Part shown: one piece after another, positions 9,335 through 19,283 of the stretch
How positions within the stretch are numbered: the first letter of the stretch is position 1
Layout: the number at the start of each line of letters is the position of its first letter
DNA from: Promethearchaeota archaeon
GTDB lineage: Archaea; Asgardarchaeota; Lokiarchaeia; Sigyniarchaeales; SOKP01
DNA: 64,000 bases
Direction of reading: 5' to 3'
Assembly: GCA_048939015.1 (NCBI GenBank)
Contig: JBHLPW010000007.1
Coordinates: 1-64,000 of the forward strand
Notes under the pieces: model-generated
What the model was told of the DNA's origin: nothing
The model's database searches: none
Seen by the model: only the letters and a program-made list of their open reading frames with translations
Program-made: the position numbers and the translations under genes

Positions 9335-10300
9335 TCATATTATACATAAAACAAACATTTGTGTTTCTGATAGGCTCTCAATTCCAATATCTTTATTTTC
9401 AGAAATAAATTTGCTTATTGAGATACCATTTTCGAAGATTTCAGTAAATTTATCATGAAATATTTGATAAATGTTTTTATTCCGAGATATATATGTGCCT
9501 ATTAAAATGTTTGTGGGGTCGAAGCTTGGTTGGATTATTTCAGTATCAGTAAGAGAAAAATTACTAAATGCTTCATCCGTGACATGAATCTCTATTTTTT
9601 TAAATTCCATCTTATATGGTTCTACATGATTTGTGAGAAGCTCGAATTCTTTACTCATTAAGAGATCTTTTGCAACTTCAGAATTAAAAATAACCTTTAC
9701 ATCTATATTCATAAGATTGCCCTTAATTCTATTCATTCCAGCGCTCATTAACATCTTTGCTTCTTCTGGAAGACTTCTAAATCGATCTTCATGGATCATT
9801 GAGTTTAATGGATTATCATATCTAATCCCAATTGCAATTCTACATTCACTTTGAGCTAGGAAATGATGGTATGATTCATCAAAGTTGGTTACATCATAAT
9901 TAATAAATTCTACAGGTTCTTGAACAGTTTGTTCTTCCAGTTTATATTTTGTAGTAAAATCTTCGAGAGCAGATTCACATTTATCTCTTTTTTCATTGAA
10001 TTGATTTCGAAGAGTTTCAATTCTCTTTTGAATTAGATTTTGCCACAGTGTTAGTGTTGGCGTTGCTGCTAAGTGTATTTTCATGGGTCTATCAAAAATT
10101 TGAACTAAACCTAACTCACTTAAAACTGAGCAGACTTTATAACCCCTTTTTAAAGAGAGACCAAATTGATTGCACACTTCTTTTAGATTTTCTATCCTTT
10201 TATTCAATAGGAGATAATGGTATATTCTTTCAATACCTTTTTCTATGATACCAATTGAATCAAACAATTGGCTAAGAGGCAATAATTCGGTATCTTCCAT
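9335..10300 (-). CDS. TrmB-like transcription regulator
   Basis: N-terminal wHTH (RIYHYLL...GYKVCSVLSELGLV), coiled coil, and an effector-domain-like C-terminus. Confidence 0.7.
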   Translation of the reverse strand: MEDTELLPLSQLFDSIGIIEKGIERIYHYLLLNKRIENLKEVCNQFGLSLKRGYKVCSVLSELGLVQIFDRPMKIHLAATPTLTLWQNLIQKRIETLRNQFNEKRDKCESALEDFTTKYKLEEQTVQEPVEFINYDVTNFDESYHHFLAQSECRIAIGIRYDNPLNSMIHEDRFRSLPEEAKMLMSAGMNRIKGNLMNIDVKVIFNSEVAKDLLMSKEFELLTNHVEPYKMEFKKIEIHVTDEAFSNFSLTDTEIIQPSFDPTNILIGTYISRNKNIYQIFHDKFTEIFENGISISKFISENKDIGIESLSETQMFVLCII

Positions 10301-10304
10301 TAAA

Positions 10305-10841
10305 TCACCTATTACCAGTTCGGTCTAATGTGAGTTCTGTAAGAACTTTAAAGGCGTCATCTACATTGACATTTTCTTTAGCAGATATTTCTACAAAGCT
10401 AGCCATATCATTTTTTTCAGCAATTTGAATACCATATTCTCTTTGTACTTTACGTTGGGTTTTTTCAAGATCCAATTTTGAGCCTACCAACATAATCGGA
10501 ATTGGTCCACCCTTTGCCCTAACTATCGTAATCCATTCCGAAATGTTATCTAGCGTAGCAGGTCTAGTAATATCATAAAGTAAGAATGCCGCATTTGCAC
10601 CTAAACAATATGTAGGTAATAAAAATCGGAAACGTTCTTCTCCTCCAACGTCCCATAACTGTAATTTAATTAGTTTATCATTTAATTCAATTGTTTTAAC
10701 ATGGAAATCAACACCAATTGTTAATCTTTCACTTGGATTAAATATATTATAACAATACCGTTTTGTGAAAGAGGTTTTACCAACTGAGGCATCACCAAGC
10801 AATAAGATCTTAAATGTATAATCATAACTCGCCATTTTCAT
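10305..10841 (-). CDS. Rab-like small GTPase
   Basis: GDASVGKT, TIGVDF, KLQLWDVGGEERFR, LLYDIT, SKLD, ISAK. Start may be the ATG at 10835. Confidence 0.95.
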   Translation of the reverse strand: MKMASYDYTFKILLLGDASVGKTSFTKRYCYNIFNPSERLTIGVDFHVKTIELNDKLIKLQLWDVGGEERFRFLLPTYCLGANAAFLLYDITRPATLDNISEWITIVRAKGGPIPIMLVGSKLDLEKTQRKVQREYGIQIAEKNDMASFVEISAKENVNVDDAFKVLTELTLDRTGNR

Positions 10842-11115
10842 TAAACCTTAAAGTATTAGGTAATTAAATCAATTTAAGTATTTATATTATTATACCTCTA
10901 ACGTTATTACTTTAATGAATTTCATTATTTTTAAATATACTTTGATTTTTTTTTTGTTTTAGTTTAAAGCACATACATATTCTGATACTTCGTTTTATAG
11001 TTAAATTTAGCTCTTTTACGGTTTTTAAATACATCTCAAAATAATTAAACTTAAAACTTTACGGGTTATTATTTAATAGGAGTTAAAAATACCAACATTA
11101 TATCAATGAAATTAA

Positions 11116-12150
11116 ATGAAAGCAGAAGATATTATTTTAGGGTTATTCTATGCTGATGAGGATAATTTAGTGTTTGATAATATTAAGTTCTCCGAAAACT
11201 TTAGTGATATGCAAATTAATGATATAAAGATGCTTTCTTTTAGATTTCTCGGTCCAGTTTTTTTAACAGCAGCTAGTGGGTTAGGGAATAATTGGAAAAT
11301 CGAATTTATTGAAGCCTCACTTTCCTTACATGAGGAAAAAATTGATGAAGTTGATATTCTTCAATCGTTTTTTACACTCAATTCTTCAATTGAAACACAA
11401 TATGGGACAACAAATCTCTTTGCATTAATTAGTACTCCATATACGGAAGATACAAAACTAATTTATGATGAAATATCAAAATACATTCATCCTAGTATCA
11501 TTCAGGGTAAAATTGTAAATGAAAATCTTGTAGGAAGCCGATTTGATTTTACAAGGTTTATTGATAGTGAATTGGAGAGAGGTATTAATTTAATAGAATA
11601 TTCTCTAGGGGCTTCCCGAAAATCGTATTGGGAAAAAGAGCAAAGATACTACTGCATTGGATTAATTGAACGAAAAATGGGAGAAGATTTTAGCATTTCA
11701 AACCTTTACACTGTTGATAAGGATGATCCTCTGAGAAAAGAATTTCTAGAATATATCCCTTCTTATTATGTTATTGCAATTTTACCAAATTATTATGAAA
11801 ATCGTATAAGTGAAACATTAGAAGTATATAACAAAAAAGGTATTCATCCAAATATTAGAAGGATAAAATTAAAGTATGGTGAAAAAAAAGTTTTTTATTT
11901 AGAAGAATATATGATTGAAAGTGGAGTTACAAAAAGTTACGGAGTTATTCTAATTCAGCCATATGGAGAGATTGAAGAAAACAAAAAAATATCATTTTAT
12001 AAGAAAAATCTAAGACTTTTATTGGATGGAAACAAAGATCTAAAACAAACTCTTAATATATTAAATCCACACATCTTATCTGAGAGGTGGGGGGCTATTT
12101 CAGCTGAGGATCTCGAGAAGATAGGTTCAATTCTTGATAAACGAGACTAA
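11116..12150 (+). CDS. Hypothetical protein, possibly two tandem longin/uDENN-like domains
   Basis: 344-aa ORF. The hydrophobicity pattern suggests bb-a-bbb-aa twice (inference only). Confidence 0.5.
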   Translation: MKAEDIILGLFYADEDNLVFDNIKFSENFSDMQINDIKMLSFRFLGPVFLTAASGLGNNWKIEFIEASLSLHEEKIDEVDILQSFFTLNSSIETQYGTTNLFALISTPYTEDTKLIYDEISKYIHPSIIQGKIVNENLVGSRFDFTRFIDSELERGINLIEYSLGASRKSYWEKEQRYYCIGLIERKMGEDFSISNLYTVDKDDPLRKEFLEYIPSYYVIAILPNYYENRISETLEVYNKKGIHPNIRRIKLKYGEKKVFYLEEYMIESGVTKSYGVILIQPYGEIEENKKISFYKKNLRLLLDGNKDLKQTLNILNPHILSERWGAISAEDLEKIGSILDKRD

Positions 12151-12179
12151 CTACAATTAAAAGAGTAAAACTAAAAACA

Positions 12180-13211
12180 ATGGAAAGTATAAGCGTTGAG
12201 GAAATTTATAAAATTGATAAGGATAAGTTACTAAGGTATTATGAAAGAATCCGAAATCAGCTTAAAAATTCGGATCCGACTCAAATCATTACAAAATTTT
12301 TAACTAATCAATCAATAGGTACTAATCAGACAGAAGTCAATGAAACATTGCTTTACTTTAAAAATTTGCTAGCAGAAGGTAAAGAACTTTTAGATTTAGC
12401 TTTTGAATGGATCAGAGCCCATAAAATTCGATTAGAATATAAGAAATATTTAAGTAGAGCTCAATATCCAAAAGATTTTATAAGTTTAGCAGTGGATGAT
12501 TGTATTTTCCAATTTTTTCTTGAATATGATAAATACATAAGAAATTTGCTTCGAAAGGATACTAAAGAACATAATTTTAGTGCTCTATATGAAATTTTCT
12601 TCAGTCCTTATGAAGCAAAAACTCTTGATATTAAGGATATTTTGGAACGGCATATTGATAACGTACCTACGCATTTTGATGGAACAGAGAAGATTAATAC
12701 AAATATTATAATTTTACGTTCTGGATTATCAAATATCATATCTAAAGATTACGAGAATGTTATATCTGCAAGAAAAGAAGAAAAGGTCCAAAAAGAACTT
12801 AAATTTAAGAAAAAAACTACATATGAAGAAAAATCAGATAGTGGCTTTAAGGGTTTACTTATAGAAAGGATGATTAAAACTTTTTGTATTAGTAAAAAGG
12901 AAATTAATGATAAAGAAATAGAAAATGCAGTATCACAATTTTTATCATCATACTTTAAATTTGGAACACTTTATAATTTTGACGGATTTAAAGATTTATT
13001 GGTGTACAATTTAGCAGAAGATATTTATTCTGGATTAACAGAAAAGCTTAAACAAACTAATTCTTTAGAAAGTATCAAGTATTTGGTTTTAAATGTTATA
13101 ACAATCTTTAGTAAAACAGTTAAATCAAATACACTTGATGGTATGGCCTGGAAAAATGATTTAATACCTTTTCTTAAAGAATTTATTATTAAGTTTATCA
13201 ACAACTTATAA
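12180..13211 (+). CDS. Hypothetical helical protein
   Basis: 343-aa ORF 29 bp after the previous gene; no recognised motif. Confidence 0.7.
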   Translation: MESISVEEIYKIDKDKLLRYYERIRNQLKNSDPTQIITKFLTNQSIGTNQTEVNETLLYFKNLLAEGKELLDLAFEWIRAHKIRLEYKKYLSRAQYPKDFISLAVDDCIFQFFLEYDKYIRNLLRKDTKEHNFSALYEIFFSPYEAKTLDIKDILERHIDNVPTHFDGTEKINTNIIILRSGLSNIISKDYENVISARKEEKVQKELKFKKKTTYEEKSDSGFKGLLIERMIKTFCISKKEINDKEIENAVSQFLSSYFKFGTLYNFDGFKDLLVYNLAEDIYSGLTEKLKQTNSLESIKYLVLNVITIFSKTVKSNTLDGMAWKNDLIPFLKEFIIKFINNL

Positions 13212-13243
13212 AAAAACAAAAATTCGATTTAGAAAAAGTTTTT

Positions 13244-13816
13244 TTATCCCCCTTTAAATAATTCTTTCATTTTTTCTCTAATTACTGGATTTAATTCCTT
13301 TCCAATATAACATTTTATTTCTTTATAAACAAGTGGATTCTTTAAAAGATTTTTATGCTTATTTAGAAATCTTATTACTGACCAACGAACTGAATCATCT
13401 GGATCATTTAATAATGGTAAAATAAAATTTAGGTAACTAATATCTCCAGTTTGAGCAATTTTCATTACAGTTCTGGCTCTAGTAATGAAATCCGGATGAT
13501 ATAACTGAGGTACTAAAACATGCTTAAGAGTGTTATTTTTGACAAAATCTAATATAAAATTGAAAGTATCGACTTTACAATTATGGATTTCATTGTTCTC
13601 TTCGATGTAAGAGTTAAGTACAGGTTCTATTTTCTTTCCAAGTTTTAAAAGACTTTCAAAGGATATAAAAAAGTTTTCGGATAAATCAGATGTATCTAAT
13701 TTTAAATTATCGATTAATATCCTAATAATTTTGTCGTTAACTTTCGAGATTTCTATAAAATCCCAATTTATATTATCATCTTCTTCCCAGAGTTTATTAT
13801 CCCTAAAATAACTCAC
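13244..13816 (-). CDS. HEAT-repeat protein
   Basis: LPLLNDPDDSVRWSVIRFL and LYHPDFITRARTV HEAT-like units. Confidence 0.7.
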   Translation of the reverse strand: MSYFRDNKLWEEDDNINWDFIEISKVNDKIIRILIDNLKLDTSDLSENFFISFESLLKLGKKIEPVLNSYIEENNEIHNCKVDTFNFILDFVKNNTLKHVLVPQLYHPDFITRARTVMKIAQTGDISYLNFILPLLNDPDDSVRWSVIRFLNKHKNLLKNPLVYKEIKCYIGKELNPVIREKMKELFKGG

Positions 13817-14093
13817 TAAATCGACCTTAAATTTTTAAAAGTTATAATTTAATAAAAATAGGATTCGTCTTTTAATTGGTTTATTATTAAAATAAAAATA
13901 AAAAATCAATTAATACTAATATATCTCACAGTTTAATAATAAGCTAATAAAAAATTAACTTGTTAATAATTATAAGATATACAAAAATGATAAAGACTTA
14001 ATCTATCTTAGTAAGAGTATTTTTTTAAAACAATTGAAAAAACTTTTTAATAATAATTCTAAATCTTTATATCCCTATTTAACAAGAGATTAT

Positions 14094-14954
14094 TCATAAT
14101 TTCAGTAAGTTTGATACATTATTATAAAAAATATCCTGTTTTTCTTCAGTTGTAATTCGTGGTAAGGATATGATTTTTTCAATTTCAATAGGCAATGTTG
14201 ATGTTGTAGGTGAATCAGAACCAAATATTATTCTAGTATGCCCCACCGTTTTGATTAAATTATATATCCCTAAAGAAGGAGAACAACTAGTCTCAAAATA
14301 TAAATTTTTAAATTTCTTCAAAATTATGCCTGTTCGCATCGCATATTCCATACAAAAAGCTGCATGACCAATTATAATTCTTAAATCTGGAAATTTTTTA
14401 GCTAATTTTCCTATATCTTGTGGCTCAGAACCATCATGAAATTCAGTTTTTGGATGGGAATGGATGAAAAGTATTATATCTTTATTAAAATCTTGCATAA
14501 ATGTAGCTAATTTAAAAATACCTTCGGGAAATTTGAAAAAATTAAAACTACCATGCACTTTAACACCTACAAATCCCTTTTTAAAATGTTCTTCTAAAAT
14601 TCTATAATTCTCCTCTTCTTCCTCTAGACTTAGATTAGGATTGAACCAGAAAAACTTATAGAACCTTTCAGGGGCTTTTTTTGCTATATCTATTACATCT
14701 TGATGAGATAACTGTCCTTTCGGGAATAAAGTTTGGATTTCATCTAAATATTTAGAGAAATTAATTTCCTCCTTAGAATCAGAGGCATATTCTTTTTGTT
14801 TACTATGATATTTTACTCTATTTATAGTTGTGATTATTGCCTTTTCTACATTGTAATGATCCATATATTCTATTACATCTTTATAAGGTGCAAGAAAAAC
14901 TCCATAGGTATGAGCATGAGAATCAAAAATTTTAAAGTCTTGTGCAGAGGACAT
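14094..14954 (-). CDS. Amidohydrolase_2 family metal-dependent hydrolase
   Basis: DSHAH, GVKVH, IIIGHA, YFETS, IIFGSDSP, IFYNN. Confidence 0.9.
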   Translation of the reverse strand: MSSAQDFKIFDSHAHTYGVFLAPYKDVIEYMDHYNVEKAIITTINRVKYHSKQKEYASDSKEEINFSKYLDEIQTLFPKGQLSHQDVIDIAKKAPERFYKFFWFNPNLSLEEEEENYRILEEHFKKGFVGVKVHGSFNFFKFPEGIFKLATFMQDFNKDIILFIHSHPKTEFHDGSEPQDIGKLAKKFPDLRIIIGHAAFCMEYAMRTGIILKKFKNLYFETSCSPSLGIYNLIKTVGHTRIIFGSDSPTTSTLPIEIEKIISLPRITTEEKQDIFYNNVSNLLKL

Positions 14955-15033
14955 AATAATACATCTAATTTTGCAATTTTACCTAATTGATTGAAATATT
15001 ACCTAGAATTTCTTTAAAAAAAGAATAAAAAAC

Positions 15034-15303
15034 TTATAAATCTTTAATTTTTTCTAGAATGCTAGCGTGATTTTTTTCCCAGTATTTATCGACAGCTTTC
15101 CTTACTGCTCTTTTAGCTACTTTTCTTACAACAGTTCTTTTCATGGCCGCTCCAAGAACATTCATAATTTTTTCTACCATTAATCTTTTAATTATTCCTT
15201 CTATTGATTCGCTTTTTGCAGCTTTATGAAGCCATTTCTCAAATATTTTGTCAGCATTTTTTTGAATTTTTTCTCTTAGGTCTGATGGGACTTCTTCTTC
15301 CAT
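15034..15303 (-). CDS. Small basic helical hypothetical protein
   Basis: 89-aa ORF with a GTGAG SD-like site; no motif. Confidence 0.65.
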   Translation of the reverse strand: MEEEVPSDLREKIQKNADKIFEKWLHKAAKSESIEGIIKRLMVEKIMNVLGAAMKRTVVRKVAKRAVRKAVDKYWEKNHASILEKIKDL

Positions 15304-15389
15304 TTATAACTCACTTTAAAATTTTATATAAATGATAATAATTTAATCATTTAAAATTATAGAAAATGAAAAAGAAGAAAAAGACTAAA

Positions 15390-16253
15390 TCATGAATGAT
15401 TTTTTATAAAAGTGCCATTTTGATATTCATTAAATGCGATACTTAATTCTTCTTGTGTATTCATAACAATTGGTCCACGCCACGCTACAGGTTCTTTTAG
15501 TGGTTTCCCAGATATGAGTAAGAAACGAACTCCTTCTTTTTCTGTACTAATTTTTATCGCATCTCCATCTTTATAAATTACAAGAGTCTCTTTACCTACC
15601 AATTCAACTTTTTTATCATCGAAATATCCCTTACCATCAATCGTATAAGCAATAGCATTGTATCCTTCTTTAATTGTATAGATAAACTCCGAATTTGGAC
15701 TGACAGTAACGTCTAGATATTCAGGATCAGTAATTATATCTTGTACAGGTCCTTTAACGCTATTGATTTCACCTGAGATTACTTTTACTTTAACTCTTTC
15801 ATCATTCATTGAGATTTCTGGGATTTGAGAACTTTTTATATCTCGATATCTAGGGTTCATCATTTTATGTGAAGCTGGTAAATTTGCCCAAAGTTGAAAA
15901 CCCCAGAGTAATGAATCATTCTTATCTTTTTTAGGCATTTCTTGATGTATAATCCCCGATCCTGCTGTCATCCATTGAACATCACCTGCTTCTATAACAC
16001 CACCATTACCTAGACTATCCCCATGCTCAATTTTTCCGTGTAATACATAAGTAATTGTTTCTATACCACGATGAGGATGCCATGGAAACCCTGCAATATA
16101 ATCCCTAGGATCATCTGAATGAAAGTCATCAAGGAGTAGAAATGGATCGAGTGAGTCTTCAACATATCCAAATGCTCGTTTTAAACGAACTCCTGCACCT
16201 TCCATGGTTGGCCTACTTTTTAAGGTTAATTTAACCTTCCTAATTTTCTCCAT
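15390..16253 (-). CDS. Pirin family protein
   Basis: EGAGVRLKR, DPFLLLD, HPHRGIETITY, WMTAGSGIIHQE, GPIVMNT. Likely start MEKIRK at 16253 (the ORF extends to 16340). Confidence 0.95.
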   Translation of the reverse strand: MEKIRKVKLTLKSRPTMEGAGVRLKRAFGYVEDSLDPFLLLDDFHSDDPRDYIAGFPWHPHRGIETITYVLHGKIEHGDSLGNGGVIEAGDVQWMTAGSGIIHQEMPKKDKNDSLLWGFQLWANLPASHKMMNPRYRDIKSSQIPEISMNDERVKVKVISGEINSVKGPVQDIITDPEYLDVTVSPNSEFIYTIKEGYNAIAYTIDGKGYFDDKKVELVGKETLVIYKDGDAIKISTEKEGVRFLLISGKPLKEPVAWRGPIVMNTQEELSIAFNEYQNGTFIKNHS

Positions 16254-16388
16254 AATATTTAACACTTCGGTCACACAGTTATTTCTTTGCCTTATAAAAA
16301 TTAAATCCATATTGAAATATGTAAATAAATCATAAATCATAACCGTTTAATAAAAGAACTTAATTTATGATACAAATTAATCTATTCT

Positions 16389-17576
16389 ATGTTAAATCAT
16401 AGATTAATAAATGCCCCTAAAAAGCCTAAAAAGTTTGTACAAGCAGCAATTGACTTTTTAAATAGACATGCGAAAAATAAAAAAGTTTTTTGTGCTTTAT
16501 CTGGCGGTATTGATAGTTCTGCAACATATCTTTTACTAAAAGAAGCTAAAATCAATACTATTCCTGTGTTTATCGATCATGGCTTAATGAGAATTATTAA
16601 TGGTATTGAAGAAAGAGAGTACATTAAAAAAATATTTCCAGATGTAAGAGTGTTAGATATTAGGAAAGATTTTTTACCCAAGATATATGGTGAAGGGGAT
16701 GCTGAGAATAAACGAAAACTCTTTAAAACAGCATATTCTGAAATTATAAGTAAAGTAATTCGTGAAGAAAACTGTGACCTATTAGCAGATGGAACTATAC
16801 TCCCAGATATTGAAGAAAGTTTTGGAGTGAAAATTACTGATTTGAAGGAAACAATGAGTCTTGAGGAAGAATCAGAATTGATGGAAAAACACTTGGAAGG
16901 GTTTGTAAAAAGTCAGCATAATGTTGAGATTGAGTATGATGTAGACGCCACTCTTCAGCCTGTTGCTAGCCTTACTAAACACGAAGTCCGTGAACTCCTT
17001 AAGTATTTTAAAATGCCACAGGAGCTTATTTACAGAAAAGCATTTCCGGGACCAGCACTTTCAGCAAGAATCATAGGACCTGTTACAGAGGAAAACCTTA
17101 ATTTTGAGAAGAAAGTCCATGATCTTATTGAATCTTCAGTTGAAAAGTATTATCAAGACATTTATGGAAAGATGATGATTATTAACAAGGATGGTGAACA
17201 GGAGCCATTTCAAGTTTTTGCTGCTATAAGTGAAGACGTGGTACACAAAAAGGTTACTGGACTTGTTGATGGAAAAAGAATTTATGAAAGACCATTATGT
17301 GAAAAAGGAGAATGGGATTTTAAAAAATTAATTAAAAAAGCTTCTGAATTAGAAGGATATGCTAGAATCCTCTATGAGTTAGGTGGGAAAGTTGAAGGGA
17401 AATATGATGTCATAATCAGATCTATTAACAGTAAAGATGCAAGAACAGCAAGAGTTACAAATTTACCAATCGAATTTTTAAATAAGTTGAAAGAGGATTT
17501 ATTAAGTATAGCAGAAACTAAAAATCTGTATTTTGATGTTACTCCAAAACCGCCTGCTACTATTGAATATGTATAA
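16389..17576 (+). CDS. guaAB: GMP synthase subunit B (ATP pyrophosphatase subunit)
   Basis: PP-loop ALSGGIDSS, GTILPDIEES, KSQHNV, FPGPALSARI, DVTPKPPATIE. No glutaminase domain (archaeal split form). Confidence 0.85.
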   Translation: MLNHRLINAPKKPKKFVQAAIDFLNRHAKNKKVFCALSGGIDSSATYLLLKEAKINTIPVFIDHGLMRIINGIEEREYIKKIFPDVRVLDIRKDFLPKIYGEGDAENKRKLFKTAYSEIISKVIREENCDLLADGTILPDIEESFGVKITDLKETMSLEEESELMEKHLEGFVKSQHNVEIEYDVDATLQPVASLTKHEVRELLKYFKMPQELIYRKAFPGPALSARIIGPVTEENLNFEKKVHDLIESSVEKYYQDIYGKMMIINKDGEQEPFQVFAAISEDVVHKKVTGLVDGKRIYERPLCEKGEWDFKKLIKKASELEGYARILYELGGKVEGKYDVIIRSINSKDARTARVTNLPIEFLNKLKEDLLSIAETKNLYFDVTPKPPATIEYV

Positions 17577-17582
17577 TTTTTT

Positions 17583-19187
17583 TTATACTCCACCTTTTTG
17601 TTCTTTATATAAAGTAAACCATTTAAAAATTCTATGAAAAACATTTGATTTAACTTCTTGTAAATTTGCATAATTTACACCAATTATTTCAAATCTTTTA
17701 AGAAAAATACTTAACCGTTTTTGAAAAGAGTTAAAATTTTTTTTGATTTTTGGAGTCCATCCAATTTCAGCGAAAGATATCAAACGTGGAAAAGTCTGCC
17801 ATTCTAAACGTTTGATAGTAGGGATGTATTCTGACCATAAAAGAGCTTCTAAACCTAAAACTTTTTTATTATGTTTTTCTTCTAACTTTTTTGGAATTGG
17901 ATCATAACTATAGGCTAGTTTAAGTGGAGTAAATTTATAAGAATGGTCTAAATAAACATACTTAAAATCAGACATTATCGCTTCTCCACCTTTTCTTAGA
18001 TACTCAAGAACTTCATCTTTTCCTCGAAACCAGTATTGACAAATAGGGTCTCCTTTTAAATTTTTATTTAAAGCATCATTCCAAATAATAACTTTTTGCC
18101 TATAGGCGTTCAAGAAAGATATTATTCGGTTTGTAAAATAAGGTTGAAGTTCTTTTACATGAGTTAATCCTTCCTTTTTTAATCTTGATTGACAATCCGG
18201 ACATTCTTTCCATCTAGTTTTAAGTACTTCATCACCTCCTATATGAATGATATTCGTAGGAAAAAGATCTGTTATTTCTTTAAGGACATTTTGAAAAAAT
18301 TCAAATACCTCTTCTTTTCCTATACATAATACATCCCTATGAATACCCCAATGTATAGAGACTCTAAAGGGATAACCTTTACAACTTAAATTGGGATAGG
18401 ATGCTAAAACAGCTCTAGTATGACCTGGTAAATCAATTTCAGGTATTATTTGAATAAATCTATCATTAGCATATTCTATAATGTCTCTAATATCTTCTTG
18501 AGAATAATATCCTGAATGGGGAATTCCATTACCCTTTTTGCTAAAAAGTCCACCAACTACCGTTTCTTCCCTTTTAGAACCAATTTCGATAAGTTTAGGA
18601 TACTTTTTTATTTCAATTCTCCACCCTTGATCATCTGTTAAATGCCAATGAAATTTATTCAATTTTAATAGACTCATTAAATCAAGTAATCTTTTTACAA
18701 CTTCTTTTCCATGAAAGTAGCGAGCTTCATCAAGCATATATCCACGCCAAGTAAATTGTGGAAAATCCATCAAATCTAGACAAGGAATCTGCCAATCTGT
18801 ATCTTCAACTTTAACATTGTTCTCAATTTTGGGAGGAAGAAGCTGTCGAAGCGTTTGAATACCATAAAAAATACCAGCGGGAAATGGAGCACTAATAATA
18901 ATATCTTTTGGAGTTACTTGAATATTATAACCTTCTAAACCTAATTTCTTTTTATTATCGGTTAATTTTAGATTTATTGAATTACCATTTTTATTTTTTT
19001 CTTTAAAATCTTTCACATTTAGATTGAAACCTGTGGCAGGGAGTAAAAAATCCTTAAGATATTTACTTAGATTAAGTAGTTCTTGATCCGAGTAAATATT
19101 TGTGTTCTCTGATAATATAAAGTTCCCAGAATCAATATTTATTAAAACAGGTTCAGGAATTATGTTAATATTTTGAATGCTACTCAC
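17583..19187 (-). CDS. Beta-N-acetylhexosaminidase (GH20)
   Basis: RGYMLDEARYF, HWHLTDDQGWR, PEIDLPGH, catalytic HIGGDE, LWSE. No signal peptide. GTG start inferred (ORF extends to 19220). Confidence 0.95.
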   Translation of the reverse strand: MSSIQNINIIPEPVLINIDSGNFILSENTNIYSDQELLNLSKYLKDFLLPATGFNLNVKDFKEKNKNGNSINLKLTDNKKKLGLEGYNIQVTPKDIIISAPFPAGIFYGIQTLRQLLPPKIENNVKVEDTDWQIPCLDLMDFPQFTWRGYMLDEARYFHGKEVVKRLLDLMSLLKLNKFHWHLTDDQGWRIEIKKYPKLIEIGSKREETVVGGLFSKKGNGIPHSGYYSQEDIRDIIEYANDRFIQIIPEIDLPGHTRAVLASYPNLSCKGYPFRVSIHWGIHRDVLCIGKEEVFEFFQNVLKEITDLFPTNIIHIGGDEVLKTRWKECPDCQSRLKKEGLTHVKELQPYFTNRIISFLNAYRQKVIIWNDALNKNLKGDPICQYWFRGKDEVLEYLRKGGEAIMSDFKYVYLDHSYKFTPLKLAYSYDPIPKKLEEKHNKKVLGLEALLWSEYIPTIKRLEWQTFPRLISFAEIGWTPKIKKNFNSFQKRLSIFLKRFEIIGVNYANLQEVKSNVFHRIFKWFTLYKEQKGGV

Positions 19188-19283
19188 TCTATTAGCGAAT
19201 CCTTTAAAATTAAAAAACAAAAATGATTATTAAAATTAATTAGAAATAGAAGAAATATATAAAATGACTTTTCTGTTAATATA

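Noticed and set aside
10913-10927. TAATGAATTTCATTA palindrome as a third FadR-like box
   Set aside because: Spacer length and arms do not match TGAATGA-N4-TCATTCA; such AT-rich palindromes are expected by chance.
16389-17576. Truncated or pseudogenised GMP synthase
   Set aside because: A separately encoded ATPPase subunit is normal in archaea, and the motifs are intact.
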